Source: Planctomycetota bacterium
GTDB lineage: Bacteria > Planctomycetota > UBA8108 > SXIK01
Assembly (NCBI GenBank): GCA_965223845.1
Contig: CBDCXR010000004.1
Span: 1,760,001-1,824,000 of the forward strand
Direction: 5' to 3'
DNA length: 64,000 nt
In this document: positions 54,973 through 64,000 of the stretch, in pieces
How positions within the stretch are numbered: the first letter of the stretch is position 1
How the letters are laid out: each line of letters begins with the position of its first letter
The notes under the pieces: generated by a model
The model's input: the letters and a program-made list of their open reading frames with translations, nothing else
The model's database searches: none
What the model was told of the DNA's origin: nothing
Translations under genes and position numbers: made by a program

Positions 54973-57900
54973 GTGAACTGGATTCGAACGCCGCGGCGCC
55001 TCACTCTCGCCCTCTTCGTGCTTGCATTCTCGACCGGCGCCGCGGCCGAGGACGTCACCTGGCTCGTGCGCGAAGGTAAGCCCGTCGGCGTTCACCTCGA
55101 CGCGGGGGAATGGTACCCGCGCGGACGGTTCGTTGAGGGGCGCGGCGTCGAGAACTATCTCTACGCGAAGGCGACCCCGGCGGGCGCGAATTTTCGCGTC
55201 GTTGCTCGGGTCCGCATCCTCGAGCAGCGGGGGAGTGCAGCTTCGTTCTTTCTCGGTCCGGGACACTTCGGTTTCGAGGGCGCGCGCGAGACGCTCTACG
55301 TGAACGGGGGAATCTTCGGCGGACTCTCGCTCCTCGGATCGCCGACGGAGTACTTCCCTCGCGGCGAGTGGTTCGACTTTGAGGTCGTCGGCAAAGAGGG
55401 CGAGATCGAATTTAGGCTGAACGGAAAACTCGCGCACCGAGTGACCTACGACGGATCCGGTTTCGAACGCGTCGGATTCAGCCCGTGGCGATCGCAGATG
55501 CAGATCGAGAAGTTCGTTCTCTACGGCGGGACGCGACCCTACGCGCTCCCGGCGTCGCGCGGGTACTCGGTCCCGACGCTCGATCTCTCGAGCGACCGAC
55601 ATCGTCAAATCGTCGTCGACCGGGAAGCAGGACAGTACCTCGGCCATCCCACCACGGTTCTCCTCGAGGACGGTCGAACTCTCCTCTGCGTGTATCCAAA
55701 GGGGCACGGTCGCGGCGGAATCGTCTACAAGCGAAGCCGCGACGGCGGCCGGACGTGGAGCGAGCGACTGCCGACGCCGGCGAGCTGGGCGACGAGCAAG
55801 GAGGTCCCGACGATCCATCGGGTCGTCGACGCCGCGGGGAAGAAGCGACTGATCCTTTGGTCGGGTCTTTACCCCGCCCGACTCGCTGTCAGCGAAGATG
55901 ACGGCGCGTCGTGGAGCGAGCTAGTCCCTGCGGGGGACTGGGGCGGCATCGTCGTGATGGGATTCGTCGAGAAGCTCAAAACGCCCGGGCGTTACCTCGC
56001 TATGTTCCACGACGATGGACGATTTCTTGGCGCACAGCCGAATCGTCGAAACCCGGCGCGATTTCAACTCCTCAAAACCTTCTCGGGTGACGGCGGGCTG
56101 ACGTGGTCGTCGCCCGAGGTCGTCTACGAGGACTCGAACGTGCATCTCTGCGAGCCAGGTTGCATCCGCTCTCCGGACGGCAAGCGGCTCGCGGTGCTCC
56201 TCCGCGAGAATTCGCGCCAGCGGAACTCGTTTGTGATCTTCAGCGACGACGAGGGAGCGACGTGGACGGCGCCGCGCGAACTTCCGGGATCTCTCACCGG
56301 AGATCGCCACACCGGGAAGTATCTCCCGGATGGTCGGTTGTTCGTTTCGTTTCGGGACCGCACGCACGACAGTCCGACGAAGGGGGACTGGGTCGCCTGG
56401 GTCGGCACGTTCGAGGACATCGTCGCGGGAAAGGAGGGGCAGTACCGCGTTCGGCTGATGCGGAACACGAAGGACGCGGATTGCGCGTACCCGGGAGTCG
56501 AGGTGCTCCCCGACGGGACGATCGTCGCGACGACCTACGGACACTGGACGAAGGGGGAACCTCCCTACGTCGTCAGCGTTCGGCTCAAGGTGGAAGAGCT
56601 GGACGCGCTCGCGGCGAAGCTCGAGCCCGAGCTCGAGCCCGCCGGAACGACGCGGAAGAACGTTCTGTTCATCGTCGTAGACGACCTCCGGCCGGAGCTA
56701 GGTTGCTACGGGTCGACCATCGTGAAGAGTCCAAATATCGACCGTCTCGCCCGAGAGGGAGTCCTCTTCGACCGGGCTTACTGTCAATTCGCTCTCTGCA
56801 ACCCGTCGCGCACGAGCGTGCTCACCGGGATGCGCCCCGATCGCGTGGGAGTCGTGGGAAACCACTCCCACTTTCGCGATCGGCATCCGAGCCTGGTCAC
56901 CCTGCCCGAACACTTCAAGCGGCACGGCTACGAGACGAGGGCCGTAGGAAAGATCTACCACGGAGTGTTTCCAACCGGATCGAGCGTGCAGCCGGCCGAC
57001 ACGATGGGAGATCTCGCGTCTTGGTCCGCTCGCCCCTACCGCCCAGGCCCGCGCTACTACTACACGAAAGAGGGAGTCGCGGCGGCGAAGCGGGCCTACG
57101 CGCGAATGTACCGGGTGGAAGATCCAGCGCCGCACGATTGGACCTCGCGTCTCGTCTTCGGCCCGATGACGGAAGCGCCGGATGTTCCGGACGAAGATCT
57201 CTACGACGGCGACGTCGCGCGGCGTGCAGTCGAGCTACTCCGCGAGCTTCGTGATCGACGTTTCTTTCTCGCCGTCGGTTTCATCAAGCCGCACACGCCG
57301 TTCGTCGCCCCGAAGCGCTATTGGGACCGCTACGATCCGCGGGAGATCGCGCTCGCCGCGCGAAGCACGTTGCCGGCGGACGCCGCCTCGTTCGCCGGAC
57401 ACTCGTCCGGGGAGGTGAGGCGGTACACGGATCAGCCGAAACGGGGTCCTTTCTCAGCGGAAAACCAGCGCCGGATGCGGCACGGCTACGCTGCGTGCGT
57501 TTCCTTCGTCGACGCGCAGGTCGGTCGGCTCCTCGACGAACTCGACCGTCTCCGGCTGAGAGAGAGCACCGCCATCGTTCTCTTCGGCGATCACGGCTGG
57601 CACCTCGGTGAGCACGGACTCTGGGGAAAGGTCACGAACTTCGAGCTCGCGACTCGCTCGCCGCTCATCGTGTCGGCGCCCGGACTCCCGCGGGGCGAGA
57701 AAACTCGATCGCTCACCGAGCTCCTCGATATCTATCCGTCGATCTGCGAGCTCGCGGGACTTCCGAATCCGCGGCACCTCGATGGGCGAAGCTTCGTGCC
57801 CGTGTTGCGAAAGAGCGAGTCGAACGTGAAGACGGCTGCGTTTTCTCAGATGTCTCGCGGCGGTGTCATGGGCTACTCCGTGCGAGTCGACGGGGCTCGC

Positions 57901-59544
57901 TACACGGAGTGGATCGATTCGTCGAGCGGGGCAGTTCGCGCGCGGGAACTCTATCACTATGAGGGCGGACCGGTAGAGAGCCGGAATCTCGCCGAGCAGC
58001 CGCAAAGTCGCGATCAAGTCGAGCGATTGTCGGCTCGACTGCGTGAGTCGCGGCGTCTCCCGAACGCCGGCCGTCTCTCGCTCGCACGAGTCTTTCAGGA
58101 CCATATGGTCCTCCAGCGCGATTCGCCGATTCGTGTTTGGGGTCGAGCTCCGCCGCGAGAGCGCGTGCACGTTCAGCTCGGAGAGTTGAGCCGCTCGAGC
58201 GTCGCGAACGATCGAGGAGATTGGCGCGTACAGTTTCCCGCGCTCGCAGCGAGCGACACGCCACGAAGACTTGTGGCTCGCACGAACAGCGATGCAGTCG
58301 TGATTCGAGATGTACTCGTCGGAGAGGTATGGCTCTGTGCGGGTCAGTCGAACATGGAGTGGCCGCTTTCGCAGTCGAACTCCGGACCGGCCTCGCTCTC
58401 GCAGCCTCTCAGTCCTCGCATTCGGCTCGTCGATCTGCGTGGAGCGGCGCGAGGCGGATCGGGCGTGTATTCACCCGAGACGATCGCACAGCTGAAACCG
58501 AAAGCGTTCGCTCGGGGCGCGTGGCGGGTGAGCTCGCCGCCCGCCGCTCGTGGATTCTCGGCCGTGGGTTTCTACTTCGGCCGGGCGATCGAGAGAGAGC
58601 TCGACGTGCCGGTCGGTCTCATCGATGTCTCGATCGGCGGGACGCCGATCGAGTCTTGGATTCGACGCTCGGCTATCGCCGCCGACCCCGAGCTCCGTGC
58701 GCTCGTCGATGGCGATTGGCTCGAGAACGAGCTCCTCGATGTGTGGTGTCGCAATCGAGCTCGACAGAACCTCGGTCGGGCGATGACGGCCGGGGAAGAG
58801 ATTCCGGGCGACGCTCTCGGTCCGAATCACTCGTTCAAGCCGGGATTCATGTGGTCGGCCTCCGTCGAGCCGCTCGTCCCGTTCAACGTTCGCGGCGTAC
58901 TCTGGTACCAAGGTGAATCGAACGCCGAATCCGTGGCCCAGGTTGCGCGCTACGGCCGCCTTTTTGAGCTCCTCGTCGGCGACTGGCGTGCGCGATGGGA
59001 TCGGAAGGACTTACCGTTCGCGTTTGTTCAGCTTCCCGCGCTCAGACGACCGCATTGGCCTCTGTTTCGAGAGGAACAGCGACGCGTGCTCGATCGCGTG
59101 CCCGGAACCGGCATGGTGGTGACGATGGATATCGGCGCCCCGTCGAACGTACATCCGACACTCAAGAAACCCGTTGGCGATCGACTCGCGCGGTGGGCGC
59201 TGGCGACGGTGTACGGGCGAGTGAATGCGGACGCGAACGGACCGCTCATCACATCGGCTCGCCGAAGCGGTCGACGTGTGATCCTGCGCTTTCACCAGGC
59301 GACTTCGGGACTCGATACGGCGGACGCCCGACCGCCCCGGCATTTTGAGCTTGCCGGCGAGGACGGCGAGTTCCGCGCTGCGGCGGCGCGAATCGACGGC
59401 GACGCGGTGATCGTTACCGCAGACGACGTCGCGATTCCGAAGACGGTGCGGTACGCGTGGACACCCTATCCGGAACCGCCGGTGAACTTTGTGAACGGAG
59501 ATCGGCTCCCGGCCTCCCCCTTCTCGGTCGACGTCGAGGACTGA
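54973..59544 (+). CDS. Secreted multidomain enzyme: jelly-roll + BNR/sialidase + S1 sulfatase + sialate O-acetylesterase
   Basis: Signal peptide ends GAAA. Asp boxes SRDGGRTW, SEDDGASW, SGDGGLTW and SDDEGATW. Sulfatase DDLRP, CNPSRTS and GDHGW. Esterase GQSNM, WYQGESN and VHP. Confidence 0.88.
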   Translation: MNWIRTPRRLTLALFVLAFSTGAAAEDVTWLVREGKPVGVHLDAGEWYPRGRFVEGRGVENYLYAKATPAGANFRVVARVRILEQRGSAASFFLGPGHFGFEGARETLYVNGGIFGGLSLLGSPTEYFPRGEWFDFEVVGKEGEIEFRLNGKLAHRVTYDGSGFERVGFSPWRSQMQIEKFVLYGGTRPYALPASRGYSVPTLDLSSDRHRQIVVDREAGQYLGHPTTVLLEDGRTLLCVYPKGHGRGGIVYKRSRDGGRTWSERLPTPASWATSKEVPTIHRVVDAAGKKRLILWSGLYPARLAVSEDDGASWSELVPAGDWGGIVVMGFVEKLKTPGRYLAMFHDDGRFLGAQPNRRNPARFQLLKTFSGDGGLTWSSPEVVYEDSNVHLCEPGCIRSPDGKRLAVLLRENSRQRNSFVIFSDDEGATWTAPRELPGSLTGDRHTGKYLPDGRLFVSFRDRTHDSPTKGDWVAWVGTFEDIVAGKEGQYRVRLMRNTKDADCAYPGVEVLPDGTIVATTYGHWTKGEPPYVVSVRLKVEELDALAAKLEPELEPAGTTRKNVLFIVVDDLRPELGCYGSTIVKSPNIDRLAREGVLFDRAYCQFALCNPSRTSVLTGMRPDRVGVVGNHSHFRDRHPSLVTLPEHFKRHGYETRAVGKIYHGVFPTGSSVQPADTMGDLASWSARPYRPGPRYYYTKEGVAAAKRAYARMYRVEDPAPHDWTSRLVFGPMTEAPDVPDEDLYDGDVARRAVELLRELRDRRFFLAVGFIKPHTPFVAPKRYWDRYDPREIALAARSTLPADAASFAGHSSGEVRRYTDQPKRGPFSAENQRRMRHGYAACVSFVDAQVGRLLDELDRLRLRESTAIVLFGDHGWHLGEHGLWGKVTNFELATRSPLIVSAPGLPRGEKTRSLTELLDIYPSICELAGLPNPRHLDGRSFVPVLRKSESNVKTAAFSQMSRGGVMGYSVRVDGARYTEWIDSSSGAVRARELYHYEGGPVESRNLAEQPQSRDQVERLSARLRESRRLPNAGRLSLARVFQDHMVLQRDSPIRVWGRAPPRERVHVQLGELSRSSVANDRGDWRVQFPALAASDTPRRLVARTNSDAVVIRDVLVGEVWLCAGQSNMEWPLSQSNSGPASLSQPLSPRIRLVDLRGAARGGSGVYSPETIAQLKPKAFARGAWRVSSPPAARGFSAVGFYFGRAIERELDVPVGLIDVSIGGTPIESWIRRSAIAADPELRALVDGDWLENELLDVWCRNRARQNLGRAMTAGEEIPGDALGPNHSFKPGFMWSASVEPLVPFNVRGVLWYQGESNAESVAQVARYGRLFELLVGDWRARWDRKDLPFAFVQLPALRRPHWPLFREEQRRVLDRVPGTGMVVTMDIGAPSNVHPTLKKPVGDRLARWALATVYGRVNADANGPLITSARRSGRRVILRFHQATSGLDTADARPPRHFELAGEDGEFRAAAARIDGDAVIVTADDVAIPKTVRYAWTPYPEPPVNFVNGDRLPASPFSVDVED

Positions 59545-59550
59545 GACGAA

Positions 59551-60744
59551 ATGCATCAAGACGATAAGGGAGGACGGGGCACCGCCGAGGTTCAGCGTCT
59601 GATCCGCGTCTATCGCGACGGGCTCCTCGAGGATGTCCTGCCGTTTTGGATCGAGCACTGCGTCGATCGGGAGCACGGCGGTTTTCACATGGCGCTAGAT
59701 CGCGACGGGACGCTTCTCGATACAGACAAGGGCGTCTGGCAGCAGTGTCGATTCACTTGGCTGCTCGGCGAGCTCTACAACAACGTGGAAGCGCGAAGCG
59801 ATTGGCTCGAGCTCGCGCGTCACGGAATCGATTTCATCGATCGCCACTGCTTCGATCCCGCCGACGGGCGCATGTGGTTCCACGTCGACCGGAAAGGCGC
59901 GCCGATTCGAAAGCGACGTTACGCGTTCTCCGAGAGCTTCGCGGCCATCGCTTACGGCGAGCTCGCGCGAGCGACTGGTGAAGCCCGGTACGCCGAGAAG
60001 GCGCGGAAAACGTTTCGGCGATTCATCGATCACCATCTGGAGCCGAAGAACATTTCGCCGAAATTCACGGACCTCCGGCCGACTCGAGGGCTCGGTTTCC
60101 CGATGATCACGATCAACACGGCGCAGGAACTCCGCGAGTCCATCGGACTCGAGGACGCCGACGCTTGGATCGATCGGAGCGTCGATGCGATTCGCCGCTA
60201 CCACGTGAAACCCGAGATCGAGTGTGTGATGGAGACCGTCGGCCCGAACGGCGAGCTGATCGACCATTTCGATGGTCGCACTCTCAATCCCGGACACGCC
60301 ATCGAAGGGGCATGGTTCATATTCGCCGAGGGGGAACATCGCGGAGATCGAGACCTGATCGAGCTCGGCTCTCGGATGCTCGACTGGATGTGGGGGCGCG
60401 GCTGGGACGAAGAGTACGGCGGTCTTCTCTACTTCACCGACGTCAAAGGACTGCCCGTCCAGGAGTACTGGCACGACATGAAGTTTTGGTGGCCGCACAA
60501 CGAGGCCATCATCGCGACGCTCTACGCCTACCGGCTCACGGGCGAAGAAAAGTACCGCGCGTGGCACCATGCCGTCCACGACTGGTCCTATCGCCACTTT
60601 CCCGATCCCGAGCACGGGGAGTGGTACGGTTACCTCCACCGCGATGGTCGCATCTCCGTTCCGCTCAAGGGGAATCTTTGGAAGGGTCCGTTTCACCTTC
60701 CGAGAATGCAACTGCGGTGCTGGAAGCTTCTCGAGCGCGATTGA
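59551..60744 (+). CDS. N-acylglucosamine 2-epimerase (AGE family)
   Basis: LPFW..HC.D.EHGG, DK.VWQQ.R, NPGHAIE, K.WWPHNE, EWYGYL and KGPFHLPR. Confidence 0.9.
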   Translation: MHQDDKGGRGTAEVQRLIRVYRDGLLEDVLPFWIEHCVDREHGGFHMALDRDGTLLDTDKGVWQQCRFTWLLGELYNNVEARSDWLELARHGIDFIDRHCFDPADGRMWFHVDRKGAPIRKRRYAFSESFAAIAYGELARATGEARYAEKARKTFRRFIDHHLEPKNISPKFTDLRPTRGLGFPMITINTAQELRESIGLEDADAWIDRSVDAIRRYHVKPEIECVMETVGPNGELIDHFDGRTLNPGHAIEGAWFIFAEGEHRGDRDLIELGSRMLDWMWGRGWDEEYGGLLYFTDVKGLPVQEYWHDMKFWWPHNEAIIATLYAYRLTGEEKYRAWHHAVHDWSYRHFPDPEHGEWYGYLHRDGRISVPLKGNLWKGPFHLPRMQLRCWKLLERD

Positions 60745-60760
60745 CGACGAGAACGTACGT

Positions 60761-61702
60761 TCAAACGGCGGTGGTCTCGTCCGGCTCTCGCACGCCAGAG
60801 AAACCAATGCGTTCGAGCTCTTTGGCCATCGCGTCGTATTCGTCGCGCTCCAGGGGACGGAGAGGCCGCCGCACCGGGCCGCAGTCGATTCCGGTCAGTT
60901 TCATCGCGGCTTTCATCGCTCGGTGGCCACCGTAGCGAAGAAACACATCGATGAACGACATGCTCTGTAGCTGAAGCTCCCGCGCCGTGCTCCAGTCTCC
61001 GGCCGCGAAGGCGTCGAGGAGACGGAGGTAGAGCGGAGCGGCGAACGCGTATGTGGTCCCGACGGCGCCGTCGCACCCGAAGGCGAGCCCGCTGAGCAGA
61101 ATCTCGTCGCAGCCGAAGAGGATGTTGTACCGGCCACCTTCGAGAGCGACGCACCGCGCGAGCTCCATCAGGTCGGTGTCGCTGAATTTGACGCCCGCGA
61201 GATTGGGAATCACGCTCGCACTGCGCTCTAGGAACTCGACTACGGATAGATGAACGCCACTTAGCGCGGGCAAGTGGTAGAAGTAGAATGGGAGCTCCGG
61301 CGCGCCGGCCGCCACCCCGGCGCAAAACTCGACGAGATCACTCGTGCTCGCCGGGGTGAAGAAGTACGGTGCTATGCATGCGATCGCGTCGGCGCCCACC
61401 GACTGAGCGGACTCCGCGAGCGCGCGACACTCCGCGATCGACGTACCGCCGACGTGAGCGACGATCGCGAGATCCGTTCCGGCTGCGGCGTCGACCCATC
61501 GGCGGCACACCGATCGGCGTTCATCCGCGGTGAGCGAGCTGAATTCGCCCGTCGTACCGCAGGGAAACGCGCCATTCACTCCGTCCGCCACGAGTCTCTC
61601 CGCGAGTGCATCGATCGTATCGAGAGCGAGCGAGCCGTCCGGCCGCATGGGTGTGTACGGCGCCGCGATCAATCCGGTCAGTTTTCGCTCGTATGCGCTC
61701 AT
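60761..61702 (-). CDS. nanA: N-acetylneuraminate lyase (DapA family)
   Basis: CGTTGE, AHVG, YFYHLPALSG, GVKFS (Schiff-base Lys), FGCDE and GAVGTTY; adjacent to the AGE and sialidase genes. Confidence 0.8.
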   Translation of the reverse strand: MSAYERKLTGLIAAPYTPMRPDGSLALDTIDALAERLVADGVNGAFPCGTTGEFSSLTADERRSVCRRWVDAAAGTDLAIVAHVGGTSIAECRALAESAQSVGADAIACIAPYFFTPASTSDLVEFCAGVAAGAPELPFYFYHLPALSGVHLSVVEFLERSASVIPNLAGVKFSDTDLMELARCVALEGGRYNILFGCDEILLSGLAFGCDGAVGTTYAFAAPLYLRLLDAFAAGDWSTARELQLQSMSFIDVFLRYGGHRAMKAAMKLTGIDCGPVRRPLRPLERDEYDAMAKELERIGFSGVREPDETTAV

Positions 61703-61718
61703 GTTCGTTCGGCCCACT

Positions 61719-64000
61719 TCAGGGGCAGATCTCCGGGCAGCCTGCGATGGGCACGCACGTCACGCCGCGAACGGGACGAGGGCCGCTCTGAAAGAGGTAA
61801 TTGAGTAGATAGATGACATCGGCGATATTCACGCCGTCATCGCCGTTCGCGTCAAGAAGCGCGACATTACCGGTATGCTCGAACGTGCCGTCGCCGCAGG
61901 GAACGGTGTCGTCTCCCGCGACGAAGAGTCGCTGAACGAGGAACACGGCGTCGGATATGTCGAGATTCGCATCTTGGTTCGCGTCGGAGGGAATCTGACG
62001 GCCTCCGGCCGGAGTCGGTGCGATTCCGGGCGTCCCGAGCGTTTCTCCACTCGCTCGCCACGCGGTCGAGTCGCTCCATTCGCTCGGATCACTCGTCGCG
62101 TCGACGATCTCGAGCGACGCGCCGTCTCCGTCTGCCGCCGGATACCAGTCATCGCGGTACGCAAATTCGAGGATCAACCGACCCGCGGCGTCGGTGAGCG
62201 CCACCACGTCGCCAGCGTTTCCCAGGTTACCGTCGTACTCCCCGGCTACGGATAAATCATCTCCGTAGCGGCTCTCGAACGCGGCGCGATTCTTGACGAG
62301 AAGCACGACCTCGCCTGGAGCGAGATCGTCGGCGGGGTCGGGAGAGGAGAAGCGAAATCGAATGCCGGTAAGCTCGACGCCGAACGCACTGAGCGGTTTC
62401 GCTCCTATGTTCTGGAGCTCGAGAAACTCGAATTCGTCGCGCGCGAACGGGCTGTCGGCTTGAGGAGCAGGGGGATGAAACATCAGCTCGGTGACCCGAA
62501 GTGGAGACGTATCGCCTACAAACGTCGCTTCGTTGAGCGCGCTCCAGGTTTCGCCGACGCGCGCGCGCGCACGGACGAGCGTCGTTCTTTCGAGGGAAAT
62601 TCCTCCTGCGGCGGTGCCGACAGCGACGAGTTCGGGCACGAACAATAGATCGCTGCTGTTCGCACCGGCGTTGAGCCCGTGGATCGCGAGGAGATTTTCG
62701 CCGGGGCGGAGCGCGTCGATGTGGGCGCTCACATCGACGCTTTCGAATTCGAGCGCCGCGCCGTCGGAGTGCCCGCGGGTCGCCCCTGCGTTCCAGACGA
62801 GGTCGTCCGGTGCATTTCGACTAGCCACGAGCCGACCGTTCAGATAGGCCGCGTAACCGTCGTCGTACTTCATTCGAAGAGTCAGAATCGAGAAGCCGGA
62901 GGGATCCTCGACCGAGAACGGGATGCGCACGTAAACGGACTCGTTTTGGTCGAACGCGTCCGCCTCGACGTCGAGACCGATCTCGTCTTCGAATCCGGAA
63001 GTACGTTCATAACCGACACCCGTCGTGCCGGCGATCCAACTCGCATCGTTGAACTCGATTTCCGTCCAGCTTCGACCGAGACCATCATCGCTCGGGACGA
63101 ACGCGCGCGCTGATGCACCCTCGGCAACGAGAACGAGACCCTGGTTCTCGACGCGCTGGGCTTCCGGGGAGATCGCACCGCCCTCGAGGCGTGGGTCGGC
63201 GCCGTCGAGCGTGTAGAACATCTCGCCCTCGGCCGCGTTGACCGCGAGCGCGAATCCGTTTCCGATCGGGCCGCCGTGCTGACTGAAGACCGGTGCGTCG
63301 ACGTCGGGATAGAGATCTACGCTCCGGAATTGACTGAGGACGATGTCCGTTCGGAGAGGAAAGTACCGCGTGAGCTTGTCAGCGATCACCACTTCCCACT
63401 GATCGATGCGGTTCCGGGGAGGTTCGATCCGAGTGTCGCCCCAACGCGCCGCCTCGGGATCCATCGCACGCTCGAGCTCCTCGACGATCCCGCGGAACCG
63501 CGCTGAGTTCGCTTCCGGAGTGAACGCCCCGGCGTGAAAGAAATGCCGGTGAACTCGATCCCCGAAGCGAACGCGAAACTCCGCATTGCGTCTCAGACGA
63601 TCGTAGAGAATCCCGGGAGAATGATCGACCGCGGTCGTGAGCTTTCCGCTTTCCGCGAGGCGAAACATGAAGTTTTCGGCATCCCACGAAACGAAGTGAA
63701 ATGGCTCGACGTCTTCCGCGTCCCGGATCGCGTACCAGTTGTTGTGCGGCCAGTCCTGGTTTCCGCCGAAGAGATTGAGAATCAGATAGTCGATGAAGGA
63801 ATCGAGCTCGAGGCGCTCGGATACCTCGGCGTAGACCGCATTCGAAGCGATATTGCCCTTCACAAGGGCGATCAACTCGTCCCACGCGTCGCGAGTTCCG
63901 CTCACGAGCTCCGGCGGACTCCCGTTCGCGGAGCCGCGCGGCCGCTGCTTGAGGACGTCGTAGTCCTCGGCGTCGCCGCCGAAATACGATGCCGCGAACT
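61719..64000 (-). CDS. Lamin-tail / CotH-kinase-like protein with C-terminal dockerin-like domain (5' end outside the window)
   Basis: Frame is open to the window edge (FAASYFGGDAEDYDVL). NQDWPHNNW, WDAE, RWGD, VTELMFHP..FEFLEL and DANQD/DANGD repeats. Paralogue of 1178-5584. Confidence 0.88.
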   Translation of the reverse strand, partial: FAASYFGGDAEDYDVLKQRPRGSANGSPPELVSGTRDAWDELIALVKGNIASNAVYAEVSERLELDSFIDYLILNLFGGNQDWPHNNWYAIRDAEDVEPFHFVSWDAENFMFRLAESGKLTTAVDHSPGILYDRLRRNAEFRVRFGDRVHRHFFHAGAFTPEANSARFRGIVEELERAMDPEAARWGDTRIEPPRNRIDQWEVVIADKLTRYFPLRTDIVLSQFRSVDLYPDVDAPVFSQHGGPIGNGFALAVNAAEGEMFYTLDGADPRLEGGAISPEAQRVENQGLVLVAEGASARAFVPSDDGLGRSWTEIEFNDASWIAGTTGVGYERTSGFEDEIGLDVEADAFDQNESVYVRIPFSVEDPSGFSILTLRMKYDDGYAAYLNGRLVASRNAPDDLVWNAGATRGHSDGAALEFESVDVSAHIDALRPGENLLAIHGLNAGANSSDLLFVPELVAVGTAAGGISLERTTLVRARARVGETWSALNEATFVGDTSPLRVTELMFHPPAPQADSPFARDEFEFLELQNIGAKPLSAFGVELTGIRFRFSSPDPADDLAPGEVVLLVKNRAAFESRYGDDLSVAGEYDGNLGNAGDVVALTDAAGRLILEFAYRDDWYPAADGDGASLEIVDATSDPSEWSDSTAWRASGETLGTPGIAPTPAGGRQIPSDANQDANLDISDAVFLVQRLFVAGDDTVPCGDGTFEHTGNVALLDANGDDGVNIADVIYLLNYLFQSGPRPVRGVTCVPIAGCPEICP

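Overview
GC-rich bacterial DNA, gene-dense, with no rRNA, tRNA, CRISPR array or mobile element that I can see. The protein repertoire (lamin-tail/CotH/dockerin-like secreted proteins, BamB/PQQ-like propellers, a sulfatase fusion) suggests a Planctomycetota-like organism; this is inference. The left ~20 kb holds two secreted proteins, a small catabolic group (HpcH aldolase, PhyH dioxygenase, DegT aminotransferase, fused 2-oxoacid dehydrogenase E1), hisN, a DksA/TraR gene, rarA and a beta-oxidation pair. The centre (~20.9-51.3 kb) is the main result: a candidate uncharacterised meroterpenoid or prenylated-aromatic biosynthetic system in three transcription units. Unit 1 (+) encodes an aryl-CoA ligase, three exported beta-propellers, an EhpF/LuxE-like adenylase, an EhpG/LuxC-like reductase, an Fe-alcohol dehydrogenase, a GT4 glycosyltransferase, a hotdog thioesterase and a LolD/FtsX-type ABC transporter. 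Unit 2 (-) encodes IscS, an orphan GcvH-like carrier, a CobW GTPase, an HdrA-N-like Cys protein, a ferredoxin, a DUF116-polyprenyl synthase fusion, a prenyltransferase-fold protein, a nitrilase and a squalene-hopene-cyclase-like enzyme. Unit 3 (+) encodes a HemN-like radical SAM enzyme, a chorismate-lyase-like protein and a flavin-dependent halogenase-like enzyme. An unannotated 27-aa ORF with its own putative promoter lies between units 1 and 2. The right ~13 kb is a uronate/sialic-acid catabolic region that includes a sialidase-sulfatase-O-acetylesterase fusion. All calls come from motif recognition by eye; no database search was run.
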